DNA from: an uncultured Candidatus Saccharibacteria bacterium | GTDB taxonomy: Bacteria; Patescibacteriota; Doudnabacteria; UBA920 | Assembly: GCA_964600695.1 (NCBI GenBank) | Contig: CAZRKK010000004.1 | Location: 20,318 to 84,317, forward strand | Direction of reading: 5' to 3' | DNA length: 64,000 nucleotides | Shown: positions 29,155-38,605 of the stretch, piece by piece | How positions within the stretch are numbered: the first letter of the stretch is position 1 | Layout of the letters: the number at the start of each line of letters is the position of its first letter | Position numbers and translations under genes: made by a program | Notes under the pieces: generated by a model | The model's input: only the letters and a program-made list of their open reading frames with translations | Database searches by the model: none | Told to the model about the DNA's origin: nothing

Positions 29155-30474
29155 ATGAACAAACGACTCCCAATAGTGGCTATCGTTGGTGAACCAAATG
29201 TTGGTAAATCAACCTTGCTTAATAAAATTGCTGGCACACGCTTAGCTGTAACTTCTGAAGTTGCAGGAACAACCCGTGACCGACAGTATGTCGACACCGT
29301 CTGGAACGGCGTTGATTTTACATTGGTCGACACCGCTGGAATCACCTTTGGCTCTAAGCAAGAATTGGAAGCGGAACTATCACAACAAATTGACCACGCC
29401 TTCGAAGAAGCGGATTTAATTCTATTTGTCGCCGATGGCAAACTAGACGCAGGCACAATTGATCGGAAAGCTGTAATCAAATTCCGTAAAAGCAAAAAGC
29501 CTGTGGTACTTGCTGTTAACAAATTGGATTCTGCTACTAAACTTCGAGAATTTGGACCAGAGTTTGCCCGACTTGGTATCAAAAATGTCTACCCTATTTC
29601 TAGCGTAACTGGCCGAGGAGTTGGAGATTTACTGGATCATGTCACTGCTGAACTTAAAAAACTTAAGATCCCTGCATTCGAAAAAGTGGAAGGAATTCCC
29701 GTAGCCATTGTAGGCAAACCAAATGTTGGAAAGTCTAGTTTGATCAACAAAATTTTAGGTGAAGACCGCGTAATTGTTTCTAACATCCCTGGAACAACTC
29801 GAACAGCAATAGATGTTTCGGTTAAATTCGAAGGTGAAGATTATACTTTTATCGACACAGCAGGATTAAAAAAGAAGGCCCATCGCCAAGCTCAGCCAGA
29901 TGTTTTTTCTGTGTTTCAAACTTTTAAATCTATCCGTAAAAGCGACATTGTAATGTTTATGGTAGATGCCACAGAAGAAGTAACCAAACAAGACATGGCA
30001 ATTGCAGGCGAAATTCTAGATCTAGGAAAAGGTGTAATTATTCTTGTTAATAAAATGGATAAGTATGATGGTGACGACAAGGCGCTTAAAGACTATGTCT
30101 CTCGCTTCTTTCCGTTCTTATGGTTCGCGCCAGTATTCTTTGTCTCGGCAGAAAGTGGCGAAGGAATAGAAGATGCACTACGAGCCATCAAACCAATTTA
30201 CGAAGCTCGTGGTAAAACTATGCCACAAGAAGATTTAGATCGTTTACTCGAATACACTTTAAAAAAGAATCCTCCGATGCGAATGTTGGATCAAAAAGCT
30301 CCCAAAGTTTGGGGCCTCCAACAAATTGGAACTTACGCACCGATGTTCAATTTAATTGTGAATCATCCGGCAGCAATATCTACAGCCTACAAACGCTTCT
30401 TAGAAAAAGAAATTATTAAGAAGATGAACTTTTACGGCACACCGATAAAAATTCACTTAACTAAAAAAGAGTAA
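29155..30474 (+). CDS. der: Ribosome-associated GTPase Der/EngA (tandem GTPase domains + KH-like domain)
   Basis: Two G1 motifs, VAIVGEPNVGKSTLLN and VAIVGKPNVGKSSLIN. Start at ATG 29155, overlapping the LCP stop by context. Confidence 0.95.
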   Translation: MNKRLPIVAIVGEPNVGKSTLLNKIAGTRLAVTSEVAGTTRDRQYVDTVWNGVDFTLVDTAGITFGSKQELEAELSQQIDHAFEEADLILFVADGKLDAGTIDRKAVIKFRKSKKPVVLAVNKLDSATKLREFGPEFARLGIKNVYPISSVTGRGVGDLLDHVTAELKKLKIPAFEKVEGIPVAIVGKPNVGKSSLINKILGEDRVIVSNIPGTTRTAIDVSVKFEGEDYTFIDTAGLKKKAHRQAQPDVFSVFQTFKSIRKSDIVMFMVDATEEVTKQDMAIAGEILDLGKGVIILVNKMDKYDGDDKALKDYVSRFFPFLWFAPVFFVSAESGEGIEDALRAIKPIYEARGKTMPQEDLDRLLEYTLKKNPPMRMLDQKAPKVWGLQQIGTYAPMFNLIVNHPAAISTAYKRFLEKEIIKKMNFYGTPIKIHLTKKE

Positions 30475-30485
30475 ATAAAAGCGAC

Positions 30486-30520
30486 CGTCTAAATGACGGT
30501 CGTTTGTTTTTGATATCGCT
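30486..30520 (+). terminator. Terminator after der (cgaccgtc-taaat-gacggtcg + T-run)
   Basis: Perfect 8-bp GC-rich stem followed by tttgttttt. Confidence 0.7.
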
Positions 30521-30536
30521 CGAATACAGCGATTAG

Positions 30537-31133
30537 TTAACAAATAAATTCTGTTACTAGACCTACACCACAACCCTCCTTATACACACTCATCATATGT
30601 GTCTTGCAAAAGGCTAGATAGTTCTGTCCATGACGCCAGATTGTACCAACAAGCTTGCATAACTTATTAATAAATAATTGCGTCACAAAAGATCCAGAGC
30701 TCAAGGTCTTAAAAAAGCTGACCGTTTCTAAGTAAACTTGCTTAACTTTTTGAGGAAGTAAACCTCCACTAAATTGGCTCACAGCTTCCTTACCAGTTTT
30801 AGCTATCAAACTAATTAATTTAGTATATGCATCAATCTGTTCAACCTCTGGGAGAAAACTGAAATAAATGGAGAAGTTAGAAAGATTGATCGCAGTCACT
30901 AAATTATTTGGATGATCACAATCTTCCGTGCTCACCAAGGACTGATGTTTGATAATCAATTTCTCTGATGATTGATTATGGAAAAGTAGCAAGAACTCCT
31001 TGGGTAGGCATATGCCACCAATTATTTTAACCTGTCGCTTTTTAGACTTAGAACCGATAGACCTTTTCTTAGCCTGCTTAATTAAAACTTGCTGATTCAT
31101 ATTTACCCCCAATTTAGTTTTTTTTATTATCAC
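30537..31133 (-). CDS. Hypothetical protein
   Basis: 198-aa ORF with basic N-terminus and no recognisable motif. Start may be the second Met (MNQQ). Confidence 0.35.
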   Translation of the reverse strand: MIIKKTKLGVNMNQQVLIKQAKKRSIGSKSKKRQVKIIGGICLPKEFLLLFHNQSSEKLIIKHQSLVSTEDCDHPNNLVTAINLSNFSIYFSFLPEVEQIDAYTKLISLIAKTGKEAVSQFSGGLLPQKVKQVYLETVSFFKTLSSGSFVTQLFINKLCKLVGTIWRHGQNYLAFCKTHMMSVYKEGCGVGLVTEFIC

Positions 31134-31183
31134 CCTAGTTAGTTAATTCGTCAACTATTTTTGGTTTGCTATAATACTTCTAT

Positions 31184-31723
31184 ATGAAGATAATCGTTGG
31201 CTTAGGCAATCCAGGTAAACAATATGAGCTCACTCGGCATAACGCTGGGTTTTTAGCAGTTGATCATTTCCTAAAAAGTCACGAAGCTATCTCTTGCCAA
31301 AGTAAATTCAAGGCTCAAATTTGTGAATACCATGAAGATGGTGTTAAAGTCTTTTTTGTGAAGCCTCAAAGTTTTATGAATTTATCTGGTCAAGTTGTGA
31401 GCGAAATTGCTAATTTTTATAAAATTGATGTAGCAACAGATTTGCTAGTAATTCATGATGATAAAGATTTAGAATTTGGGAAAATAAAAGAAACTGAAGG
31501 TTCTGGTAGTGCTGGGCAAAATGGAGTTCAAAATATTATTGATGAATTGGGCACAAAAAACTTTCATCGTATTCGTATCGGAGTTGAGTCTCGCGAATTC
31601 GGTTCCCCTATTGATACTGCTGATTTTATTTTACGAAGATTCACAGATGAAGAGCTGGATGTGTTAACAGAAAAAATTCTGCCTGAAACAGAAAAGTTAA
31701 TCGAAGAGTTTTTAAAAAAATAA
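31184..31723 (+). CDS. pth: Peptidyl-tRNA hydrolase
   Basis: MKIIVGLGNPGKQYELTRHNAGF canonical Pth N-terminus. Confidence 0.9.
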   Translation: MKIIVGLGNPGKQYELTRHNAGFLAVDHFLKSHEAISCQSKFKAQICEYHEDGVKVFFVKPQSFMNLSGQVVSEIANFYKIDVATDLLVIHDDKDLEFGKIKETEGSGSAGQNGVQNIIDELGTKNFHRIRIGVESREFGSPIDTADFILRRFTDEELDVLTEKILPETEKLIEEFLKK

Positions 31724-31756
31724 AACCCAGCGAAACTTTAAAAATTTAAACAAAAT

Positions 31757-31790
31757 AAAAACCGCACATAAATTGCATGTGCGGTTTTTT
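31757..31790. terminator. Bidirectional terminator (aaaaaccgcacataaattgcatgtgcggtttttt)
   Basis: 9-bp stem with A/T runs on both sides. Confidence 0.7.
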
Positions 31791-31795
31791 AAAAC

Positions 31796-32110
31796 TTATT
31801 CGAACACTATTGTTCCTTGTGATGTCTTTGTGTTGTAGTAACCACGAATCCGCCGGTTGTTATCACCTGCGGTACCACGGAACAAAAATCGTTCGCAGGA
31901 ATTATCTTCCAAGTCGAAACCAGAAAGAAGGACTTTGATCTTCGTGTTGCCAAACTTGATCCTGCTGTCCGGCCTAGTTGGTGGCGGTGGCATAGTAAAG
32001 TGCATATCTCTATGCTTCCGCTCGTAGTAATTGATGAAGTGATTCACAAAAGCTGTAAACCCTGGGCCACCAACGATATTATACTGAACTCCTGATCTAA
32101 ATAGTGACAT
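31796..32110 (-). CDS. Hypothetical small protein
   Basis: Start moved to the second ATG (MSLFRSG), preceded by AGGAGGTGA. No recognisable domain. Confidence 0.4.
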   Translation of the reverse strand: MSLFRSGVQYNIVGGPGFTAFVNHFINYYERKHRDMHFTMPPPPTRPDSRIKFGNTKIKVLLSGFDLEDNSCERFLFRGTAGDNNRRIRGYYNTKTSQGTIVFE

Positions 32111-32539
32111 AACGTCACCTCCTGGCAAATTTTACCTGCGTACAGGTACCTAGCATAACGCTAGGATTTTGGTGAAAATAAAATCGCTTTGCAGCGAACT
32201 GCTTGGCGATTTTTGTTTTATCTTCACTACCCTACCTGCAAGTGAGAACTGCCGGACAAAAGCCCAACAACGCTGCTTAACCGCTAGTAACATAGAATAG
32301 GAGGGATGATCTATATATTCGCGACTTGCAAGTAGGATACTAAAGACAAATTTTAAAAGCCCGTTCATCCCAATTCAAGCTTTTAAATATTATACACCTA
32401 TTTGGCATTTTTGTCAAGCACATGAAGAAGCCCAATAATAAGCCCAGAAACAAGCCCTAAAATAAGCTTTAGAACTAATTCAGTATATATTTATCCTATC
32501 TTAAAGCAGTCTTGATGCGCTTTATGCCACAATTAATCC

Positions 32540-33646
32540 ATGAAGAATTTAACATTTTTACTCTATATATTAGCCAAGTCTGTGAGCAATATACGGCCAG
32601 TTTTAGTAGAAGCATTACAAAACTGGCCGGCTATTACCCCAAACCTAGATCTAGGCAAAATAGACCCTAGAGAATTTTGCACGGCGATTAACTTAAACCC
32701 AGAACAAACCAGAAAATTTATTATTAACTTTACAACCGAATCGCAAGAGAGTTATTTTTCTCTGTTAGAAGAACATGGAATCCAAACTACAAATATTTTT
32801 GCGCTTTCTTATCCTTCACAATTATTGCAAATCCCAGACCCTCCCCTAGTGCTTTACTATCGTGGCTCGAACATAAAACTTTTGGAGTCAACATCTTTAG
32901 CTATAGTGGGCAGTCGTAGAGCGAGTAGCTACGGAAAAATCGTAGTAAACAAAATAATGTCAGAAATATCAGGAACGAACTTAACTATAATTTCTGGTTT
33001 AGCATATGGAATCGATGCTATCTCTCATCAAGCCGCCATAAAAAACAATCTTTTCACTGTTGCCGTTCTTGGTGGCGGTTTGGATGATACCAGTATCTAC
33101 CCAAAAAATAACTACTCACTAGCTAAAGAGATTTTAAATAATGGCGGACTCATTGTTTCGGAGTATCCTCCGCTCTCACCTGCCTTAAAACATCAATTCA
33201 TCGCGCGCAACAGAATCATTGTTGGGCTCTCCCAAGGAACTATTGTAGTCGAAGCTGCAATTAGTAGTGGAGCTCTTCTCACTGCAGACTTTGCTATGGA
33301 TTATAATCGATCTGTATATGCCATCCCAGGACAGATATTTTCTTTACAAAGCCAAGGGACAAACAACTTAATCAAACAAGGGGCACAAATGTTAACCTCT
33401 GTTGAAGATCTGCTTTTAGATTTTGATATCTCGCCACAAACTACAGCCGCAACTAAGAACCATCAATTTTCTAGCCATCAACTAGCTGTGCTAAAATGTA
33501 TGCAAAGCGGACAACCTATGGATGTCGAAGAAATCATAGAGAAATCGCGACTCTCAACTGCAGAGGTTTTATCTACAATATCAGAACTAACACTTCGTAA
33601 TATAATTACTCAAATTAGTGTTCAAACTTATCAGAAAATAAAATGA
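32540..33646 (+). CDS. dprA: DNA-processing protein DprA (Smf), with extended N-terminal region
   Basis: Rossmann-like core (LAIVGSRRASSYGKIV...GLAYGIDAISHQAAI...VVEAAISSGALLTADFAMDYNRSVYAIPG) plus a C-terminal winged-helix-like tail. Confidence 0.85.
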   Translation: MKNLTFLLYILAKSVSNIRPVLVEALQNWPAITPNLDLGKIDPREFCTAINLNPEQTRKFIINFTTESQESYFSLLEEHGIQTTNIFALSYPSQLLQIPDPPLVLYYRGSNIKLLESTSLAIVGSRRASSYGKIVVNKIMSEISGTNLTIISGLAYGIDAISHQAAIKNNLFTVAVLGGGLDDTSIYPKNNYSLAKEILNNGGLIVSEYPPLSPALKHQFIARNRIIVGLSQGTIVVEAAISSGALLTADFAMDYNRSVYAIPGQIFSLQSQGTNNLIKQGAQMLTSVEDLLLDFDISPQTTAATKNHQFSSHQLAVLKCMQSGQPMDVEEIIEKSRLSTAEVLSTISELTLRNIITQISVQTYQKIK

Positions 33647-34830
33647 ACAAACTCTTACCTAATCTACCAATTATCATTGTCGTTGCAATCCTTACAGGAG
33701 GCGCACTACTTTGGGGAACTGGGAATCTTTCTACCTACCCAAATAAAATAGAGGTTCAACAATCTAGTAACGACTCACTCGAAGACTTTTACAAAACCAG
33801 CCAAGAGATTACAAAAAATAATAATCAATCCGATGTTACATTTTTGGCGGTCGGTGATATTATGCTGTCTCGTAATGTAGCTGGTCAAATAGCTAAAAAT
33901 GGCAAGGATGGCAATTATCCATTTCGCAAATTAAGTGAAGAGTTGGTCAGTACAGATTTTAACTTTGGTAACTTAGAATCGCCTTTTTCTGGAGACGACA
34001 GCTTTAATCCTACAGGCTCATTAATTTTTAACGCACCAACTTGGACACAATCAGGTTTGATCAACGCTAACTTTAAAGTTTTAAATCTAGCCAATAATCA
34101 CGCTTTTGACCAAGGATTAAAAGGATTGCTCTATACCAAAAAGCTTTTGGAAGAAGATATGTCTATCACTACAATTGGAGTAGGAAATAATTTAGACGAA
34201 GCCTGGGAAGGCAAAGTTTACACTGCAAAAGGAGTAAAGATTGGATTTATCGGAGCATCTTATGCCACTCTAAATGATGGTGGTGTTACTACTAACAACA
34301 ACGTTGCCAGAATTGAAGATACCGAGCGCTTAGTTAAATCCATAAACGAATTAAAAACTCGTAGTGACTTTATCGTCGTCACAATGCATGCCGGTACAGA
34401 ATATACCCGATCCCCTAACTCAGCTCAAACTGAGTTTGCACACACAGCCATTGATGCTGGTGCTGATATAGTTATTGGTGCCCACCCACACTGGATTCAA
34501 ACTTTTGAAACTTACAAAGGTAAACAAATTTTTTATTCACTAGGTAATTTTGTTTTCGACCAAGAATGGAGCCAAGATACTAAAGAAGGTTTAATGTTAA
34601 AAGTTTCGATAAAAAAAGAGGGTGCGTGCGCGACGAATGGAATTGCATTTGGTGCTGCTTGCGGAAGTGATGTTCAAGGCAATCCTGTCCCAGCAACTAT
34701 TAAACAAATTGAATTAATTCCTATTATCATAGAAGGTTATTCGACTCCCCGCTTAGCTACCGAAGCAGAGAAACAAAACATCCTAAAAAAAATAGGCGCA
34801 ACCACAAATGTGATTACGCCATGGAATTAA
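33643..34830 (+). CDS. CapA/PgsA-family metallophosphoesterase-like protein (poly-gamma-glutamate/capsule synthesis family)
   Basis: N-terminal TM. FLAVGDIMLSR... and ...NNHAFDQG...VTMHAGTEY...GAHPHW motifs typical of CapA. Confidence 0.75.
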   Translation: MNKLLPNLPIIIVVAILTGGALLWGTGNLSTYPNKIEVQQSSNDSLEDFYKTSQEITKNNNQSDVTFLAVGDIMLSRNVAGQIAKNGKDGNYPFRKLSEELVSTDFNFGNLESPFSGDDSFNPTGSLIFNAPTWTQSGLINANFKVLNLANNHAFDQGLKGLLYTKKLLEEDMSITTIGVGNNLDEAWEGKVYTAKGVKIGFIGASYATLNDGGVTTNNNVARIEDTERLVKSINELKTRSDFIVVTMHAGTEYTRSPNSAQTEFAHTAIDAGADIVIGAHPHWIQTFETYKGKQIFYSLGNFVFDQEWSQDTKEGLMLKVSIKKEGACATNGIAFGAACGSDVQGNPVPATIKQIELIPIIIEGYSTPRLATEAEKQNILKKIGATTNVITPWN

Positions 34831-35243
34831 ACATCAAAGATTTCATCGAGTTTAGCCAGCTCCTTCTGAAATTCCTTTTTGTCGGAAATATGTCGTAGAC
34901 TCAAAGCCCCAGAAACATAAGCGATTTGCCCCGACTCCAGAATGAATTGAAAGCTAAAAACTTTTCCACTACCATCAGAGCTCATGTGTACATTTCGCAA
35001 CGAAGTCTTATCGAATTTCGAAAAGATTGCACGAAACTTTTCCAACTGAACCACCCAAGAACCATTACCAGGGTTTTTCTTGTGCCGTCGAAAGATATTC
35101 GCTTCGTTTTTATTGTCTTCATCAACTTGAATTATGTACTGACTTCCATCAAGTATGATCTGCTGCCTAAAAGTGCTTTGGTTAGAAAAGTCAAAAAAAT
35201 TCATGACTTCCGAAATCTTAGCAATCTTTCTCATCTCTGCCAT
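34827..35243 (-). CDS. Hypothetical protein
   Basis: 138 aa, no motif. Convergent with capA. Confidence 0.4.
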   Translation of the reverse strand: MAEMRKIAKISEVMNFFDFSNQSTFRQQIILDGSQYIIQVDEDNKNEANIFRRHKKNPGNGSWVVQLEKFRAIFSKFDKTSLRNVHMSSDGSGKVFSFQFILESGQIAYVSGALSLRHISDKKEFQKELAKLDEIFDV

Positions 35244-35414
35244 AATTATTCCTCCTAAAATAACTTTTTCAGTAAAAACTCTTACTGACTTGATATAATA
35301 ACAAAGTACTGTTGATTTGACAAGACTCTCTGCCCTAGGCTAGAATCCACTTTGTATCTACTCACTTTGTAAAAATATTTTAAATTCATCTATTAATTCA
35401 TATTAATATAGTAC

Positions 35415-37670
35415 ATGTCCAAACAACTTATTATAGTAGAATCACCTACTAAAGCAAAAACTATCTCCAAATTTTTAGGTTCCGACTACGAAGTCGAAGC
35501 TAGTTTTGGACATGTTCGTGATTTACCAAAATCTAAAATTTCTATAGACGTAGAGCATAATTTTGAACCTGTCTACGAGATTGCTCCTAAAGCTAAAGAG
35601 GTCATTGCCAAATTAAAAAAAATGGCCAAGACAGCCTCCTCTATTATATTGGCAACTGATGAAGATCGCGAAGGAGAAGCTATTTCTTGGCATCTAGTAG
35701 AAGCATTAGGCATGAAGTACAACGATGCTAAATTAAAGCGTATCGTTTTTCACGAAATTACCAAAACAGCTATAGACCACGCCTTAGCTAACCCACGCGC
35801 CATTGATCTCAACTTAGTCGACGCGCAACAGGCGCGCCGTGTATTAGACCGCTTAGTTGGTTACGAGCTATCCCCCTTCTTATGGCGTAAAATTCGCTAC
35901 GGCCTGTCTGCAGGTCGCGTACAAAGCGTGGCAGTAAGGTTAGTAGTAGAACGTGAACGCGAAATTCAAGCTTTCACAGCAGAAGAATACTGGAGCATCG
36001 AAGCTCAACTTTCTAAACAGACAGGTGCGCCAATCTTTACTGCTAAACTTTCTAAAATTGATAGCAAAGCTGTAGGTAAAATGGGCATTACAAATAGCGA
36101 CGAAGCAAAAAAAATTACCACAGATCTCGATGGCAGTACCTACACAGTAACTGAGGTAACTAAAAAAGAAGTTAAACGTAACCCTTCTCCACCTTTTACC
36201 ACATCTACACTACAACAAGAAGCTGCTCGAAAACTTGGTTTTAGCGCCAAACAAACAATGGCTGTCGCTCAAGGTTTGTATGAAAAGGGTTTTATAACCT
36301 ACATGCGTACTGATAGTTTAAATTTAGCTCAGTCTGCATTAGCGCAAGCTCAGCAAGTTATTGAACAACAATTTGGCAAACAATATGGCCTGAGCGAGGC
36401 TCGTTCTTTTACTAACAAAAGTAAAGGTGCGCAAGAAGCTCATGAAGCTATTCGTCCAACAGATCTTTCTTTATTACCAGACAATCTTAAAGGTGATAAA
36501 AATGCCAACCGACTGTATGATTTAATTTGGAAGCGTACTTTAGCTTGCCAAATGCAACAAGCTATTTTCGACCAGACTGCAGTTGATATTGCTGCTGGTC
36601 CAGCTGGTGCGACAGACAAATATACTTTCCGTGCTAACGGACAAGTGGTTAAGTTTGATGGTTTCATTCGTGCCTATACCGAAGGCACCGACGAAAAAGC
36701 TGAAGATGAAATCGAAGGTGTCTTACCAGAATTGGATCTTAAAGAAATTTTGAAATTACACGAACTAACTCCTCTTCAACATTTTACAGAACCACCTGCT
36801 CGTTATTCTGATGCAACTTTAATCAAAACTTTAGAAGCTGCTGGTGTAGGACGCCCTTCTACCTATGCCCCAACTTTAACCACAATTCAAGAACGTGGTT
36901 ATGTTACCAAGGAAGATAAGAAGTACGCGCCAACCGAAGAGGGCTATTTAGTAACAGATATGTTAGTTGCCCACTTCCCCGAAATTGTCGACATTAACTT
37001 TACATCTAAAATTGAAGAAGAGTTTGACCAAATTGCCGAAGGAAAACTTAAATGGGTGCCAGTGCTAGAAGAATTTTACAGACCATTCAAAAAGCATTTA
37101 GTAGAAAAGGAAGCTAGTGTCGAAAAGACTATTGAAGTCTCTGACACACCATGCCCTCACTGCCAACAACCAATGCTTATTAAATATGGTCGCATGGGTA
37201 AATTCTTGGCTTGTCCAGAGGAAGGCAGTAAAGTAACTGTACCAATGCCAGAAGAGGCTGCACAAATTGCAGAACTGGAAGCTAAAACTCGTGATTATGT
37301 CTGCCCTATTTGTGGCAAAGGCATGGATGTCAAACGCGGGCGATTTGGATTCTTCTTAGGTTGTGTCGACTACCCGAAGTGTAAAGGTATTTCTAAAATC
37401 TGGAACAAGACCGGATTTAAATGTCCAATGTGTTTAGAATCAGAAGCTCGTCGCGACAATCCTGGTGATGTCGTAGAAAAGAAGAGTCGTGGACGTGGTA
37501 AACCATTCTTTGCGTGTACTCTTTGGCCTGACTGTACTTTAATTTTGAATGTTAAACCAGAATCTGAAGTTCAACTTCAAGAACTCTATGCAGAAGCTAA
37601 AGAAAAAGCTGCTAATCCGGTAAAAGCCAAAGGTAAAAAACCTACTCGCAAGAAAGCTGTTAAAAAATAG
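35415..37670 (+). CDS. topA: DNA topoisomerase I, with C-terminal zinc ribbons and Lys-rich tail
   Basis: MSKQLIIVESPTKAKTISKFLG Toprim start. Catalytic Tyr region. Three C4 zinc-ribbon repeats (CPHCQQ...C, CPICGK...C, CPMC...C). KAKGKKPTRKKAVKK tail. Confidence 0.95.
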   Translation: MSKQLIIVESPTKAKTISKFLGSDYEVEASFGHVRDLPKSKISIDVEHNFEPVYEIAPKAKEVIAKLKKMAKTASSIILATDEDREGEAISWHLVEALGMKYNDAKLKRIVFHEITKTAIDHALANPRAIDLNLVDAQQARRVLDRLVGYELSPFLWRKIRYGLSAGRVQSVAVRLVVEREREIQAFTAEEYWSIEAQLSKQTGAPIFTAKLSKIDSKAVGKMGITNSDEAKKITTDLDGSTYTVTEVTKKEVKRNPSPPFTTSTLQQEAARKLGFSAKQTMAVAQGLYEKGFITYMRTDSLNLAQSALAQAQQVIEQQFGKQYGLSEARSFTNKSKGAQEAHEAIRPTDLSLLPDNLKGDKNANRLYDLIWKRTLACQMQQAIFDQTAVDIAAGPAGATDKYTFRANGQVVKFDGFIRAYTEGTDEKAEDEIEGVLPELDLKEILKLHELTPLQHFTEPPARYSDATLIKTLEAAGVGRPSTYAPTLTTIQERGYVTKEDKKYAPTEEGYLVTDMLVAHFPEIVDINFTSKIEEEFDQIAEGKLKWVPVLEEFYRPFKKHLVEKEASVEKTIEVSDTPCPHCQQPMLIKYGRMGKFLACPEEGSKVTVPMPEEAAQIAELEAKTRDYVCPICGKGMDVKRGRFGFFLGCVDYPKCKGISKIWNKTGFKCPMCLESEARRDNPGDVVEKKSRGRGKPFFACTLWPDCTLILNVKPESEVQLQELYAEAKEKAANPVKAKGKKPTRKKAVKK

Positions 37671-37677
37671 TATATAA

Positions 37678-37712
37678 AAAAACCGCTGGGATTATTCCTC
37701 AGCGGTTTTTGA
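37678..37712 (+). terminator. Terminator after topA (aaaaaaccgctg-ggattattcct-cagcggttttt)
   Basis: Stem with a T-run. Confidence 0.7.
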
Positions 37713-37716
37713 ATAA

Positions 37717-38307
37717 CTAATTTTGAGTTCCTGTGTCATATGAAGGAAAAAGTTCGCCTCCAAGCAGTCCTTCCGAAACATAACCTTTTGTGAGTAAACT
37801 ATTCGCTTCACTTTGGCTAACTGTATAAAAATGTTTTCTTTGAGAATTATTGTATAGCCGGTAAACCTTTACTTCTCCCTGCCAAAACATTCCAGACAGT
37901 GGATTCGTTGTATATTCCAGATTGATCTGCATAAATCCTACTGTACCCTCTAATACGAATCCTGAACTTTGAGCTGACTGAACTTCTTGATTGCTAGTAG
38001 TGTAGAAATGTTTCTTTGCAAATGGGTTCCACATTCTAAATATTGCTTCTGTGGAATCAAGTTGATACCGCTCTACATAACCCATTGTGCCTTCAATTAT
38101 ATAACCATGATTAGCCACTGCCCCATCAGCTTCAGACTGGCTGGAAGTATAAAAATGATCATTTATCTTAGGGTTATACAAACGGATAAATGGCAGGCGT
38201 TCTGACCTAATATTGGGATGGGATGAGGCCACAACAATATTGGCAAAAGCTAGCCCTGACACCAAAGAGATTAAGCTGATTAAGCTAAGTGTAGTAAATT
38301 TATTCAT
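37717..38307 (-). CDS. Secreted protein with three tandem ~45-aa repeats containing an HFYT[ST]SQ-E motif
   Basis: Signal peptide MNKFTTLSLISLISLVSGLAFA. Repeats: DHFYTSSQSEADGAVANHGYIIEGTMGYV / KHFYTTSNQEVQSAQSSGFVLEGTVGFM / KHFYTVSQSEANSLLTKGYVSEGLLG. Confidence 0.5.
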   Translation of the reverse strand: MNKFTTLSLISLISLVSGLAFANIVVASSHPNIRSERLPFIRLYNPKINDHFYTSSQSEADGAVANHGYIIEGTMGYVERYQLDSTEAIFRMWNPFAKKHFYTTSNQEVQSAQSSGFVLEGTVGFMQINLEYTTNPLSGMFWQGEVKVYRLYNNSQRKHFYTVSQSEANSLLTKGYVSEGLLGGELFPSYDTGTQN

Positions 38308-38438
38308 AGCTTCATGATATCACGATATTGTCGACTATAAAATGATCTAAATGCAATGCGACTATACCCCTTGAAAAAAAAGCCAATATGCGTTAAAATT
38401 GTTGAGTATTTACATAAAGTTAACATCTACCAAATCAT

Positions 38439-38514
38439 GGGTCGGTAGCTCAGCTGGTAGAGCAGTGGCCTTTTAAGCCATTTGTCGCGGGTTCGAGCCC
38501 CGCCCGACCCACCA
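38439..38514 (+). tRNA. tRNA-Lys (anticodon UUU), CCA encoded
   Basis: Hand-folded cloverleaf. Acceptor gggtcgg/ccgaccc, D-arm gctcagctggtagagc, anticodon stem gtggc/gccat with loop cTTTTaa, T-arm gcggg-ttcgagc-cccgc, ACCA end. Followed by a terminator hairpin at 38518-38546. Confidence 0.9.
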
Positions 38515-38605
38515 AAAAAACACTACAACTCTGTAGTGTTTTTTATATGGTGAAAAAGTGATTGCTTAACAATGGAATTAGATACTTTTATGTTATGATA
38601 CTTTT

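Noticed and set aside
32150-32368. 72-aa minus-strand ORF in the 31796/dprA intergenic region
   Set aside because: No SD. Odd composition. It overlaps the hairpin and inverted-repeat structures. More likely non-coding.
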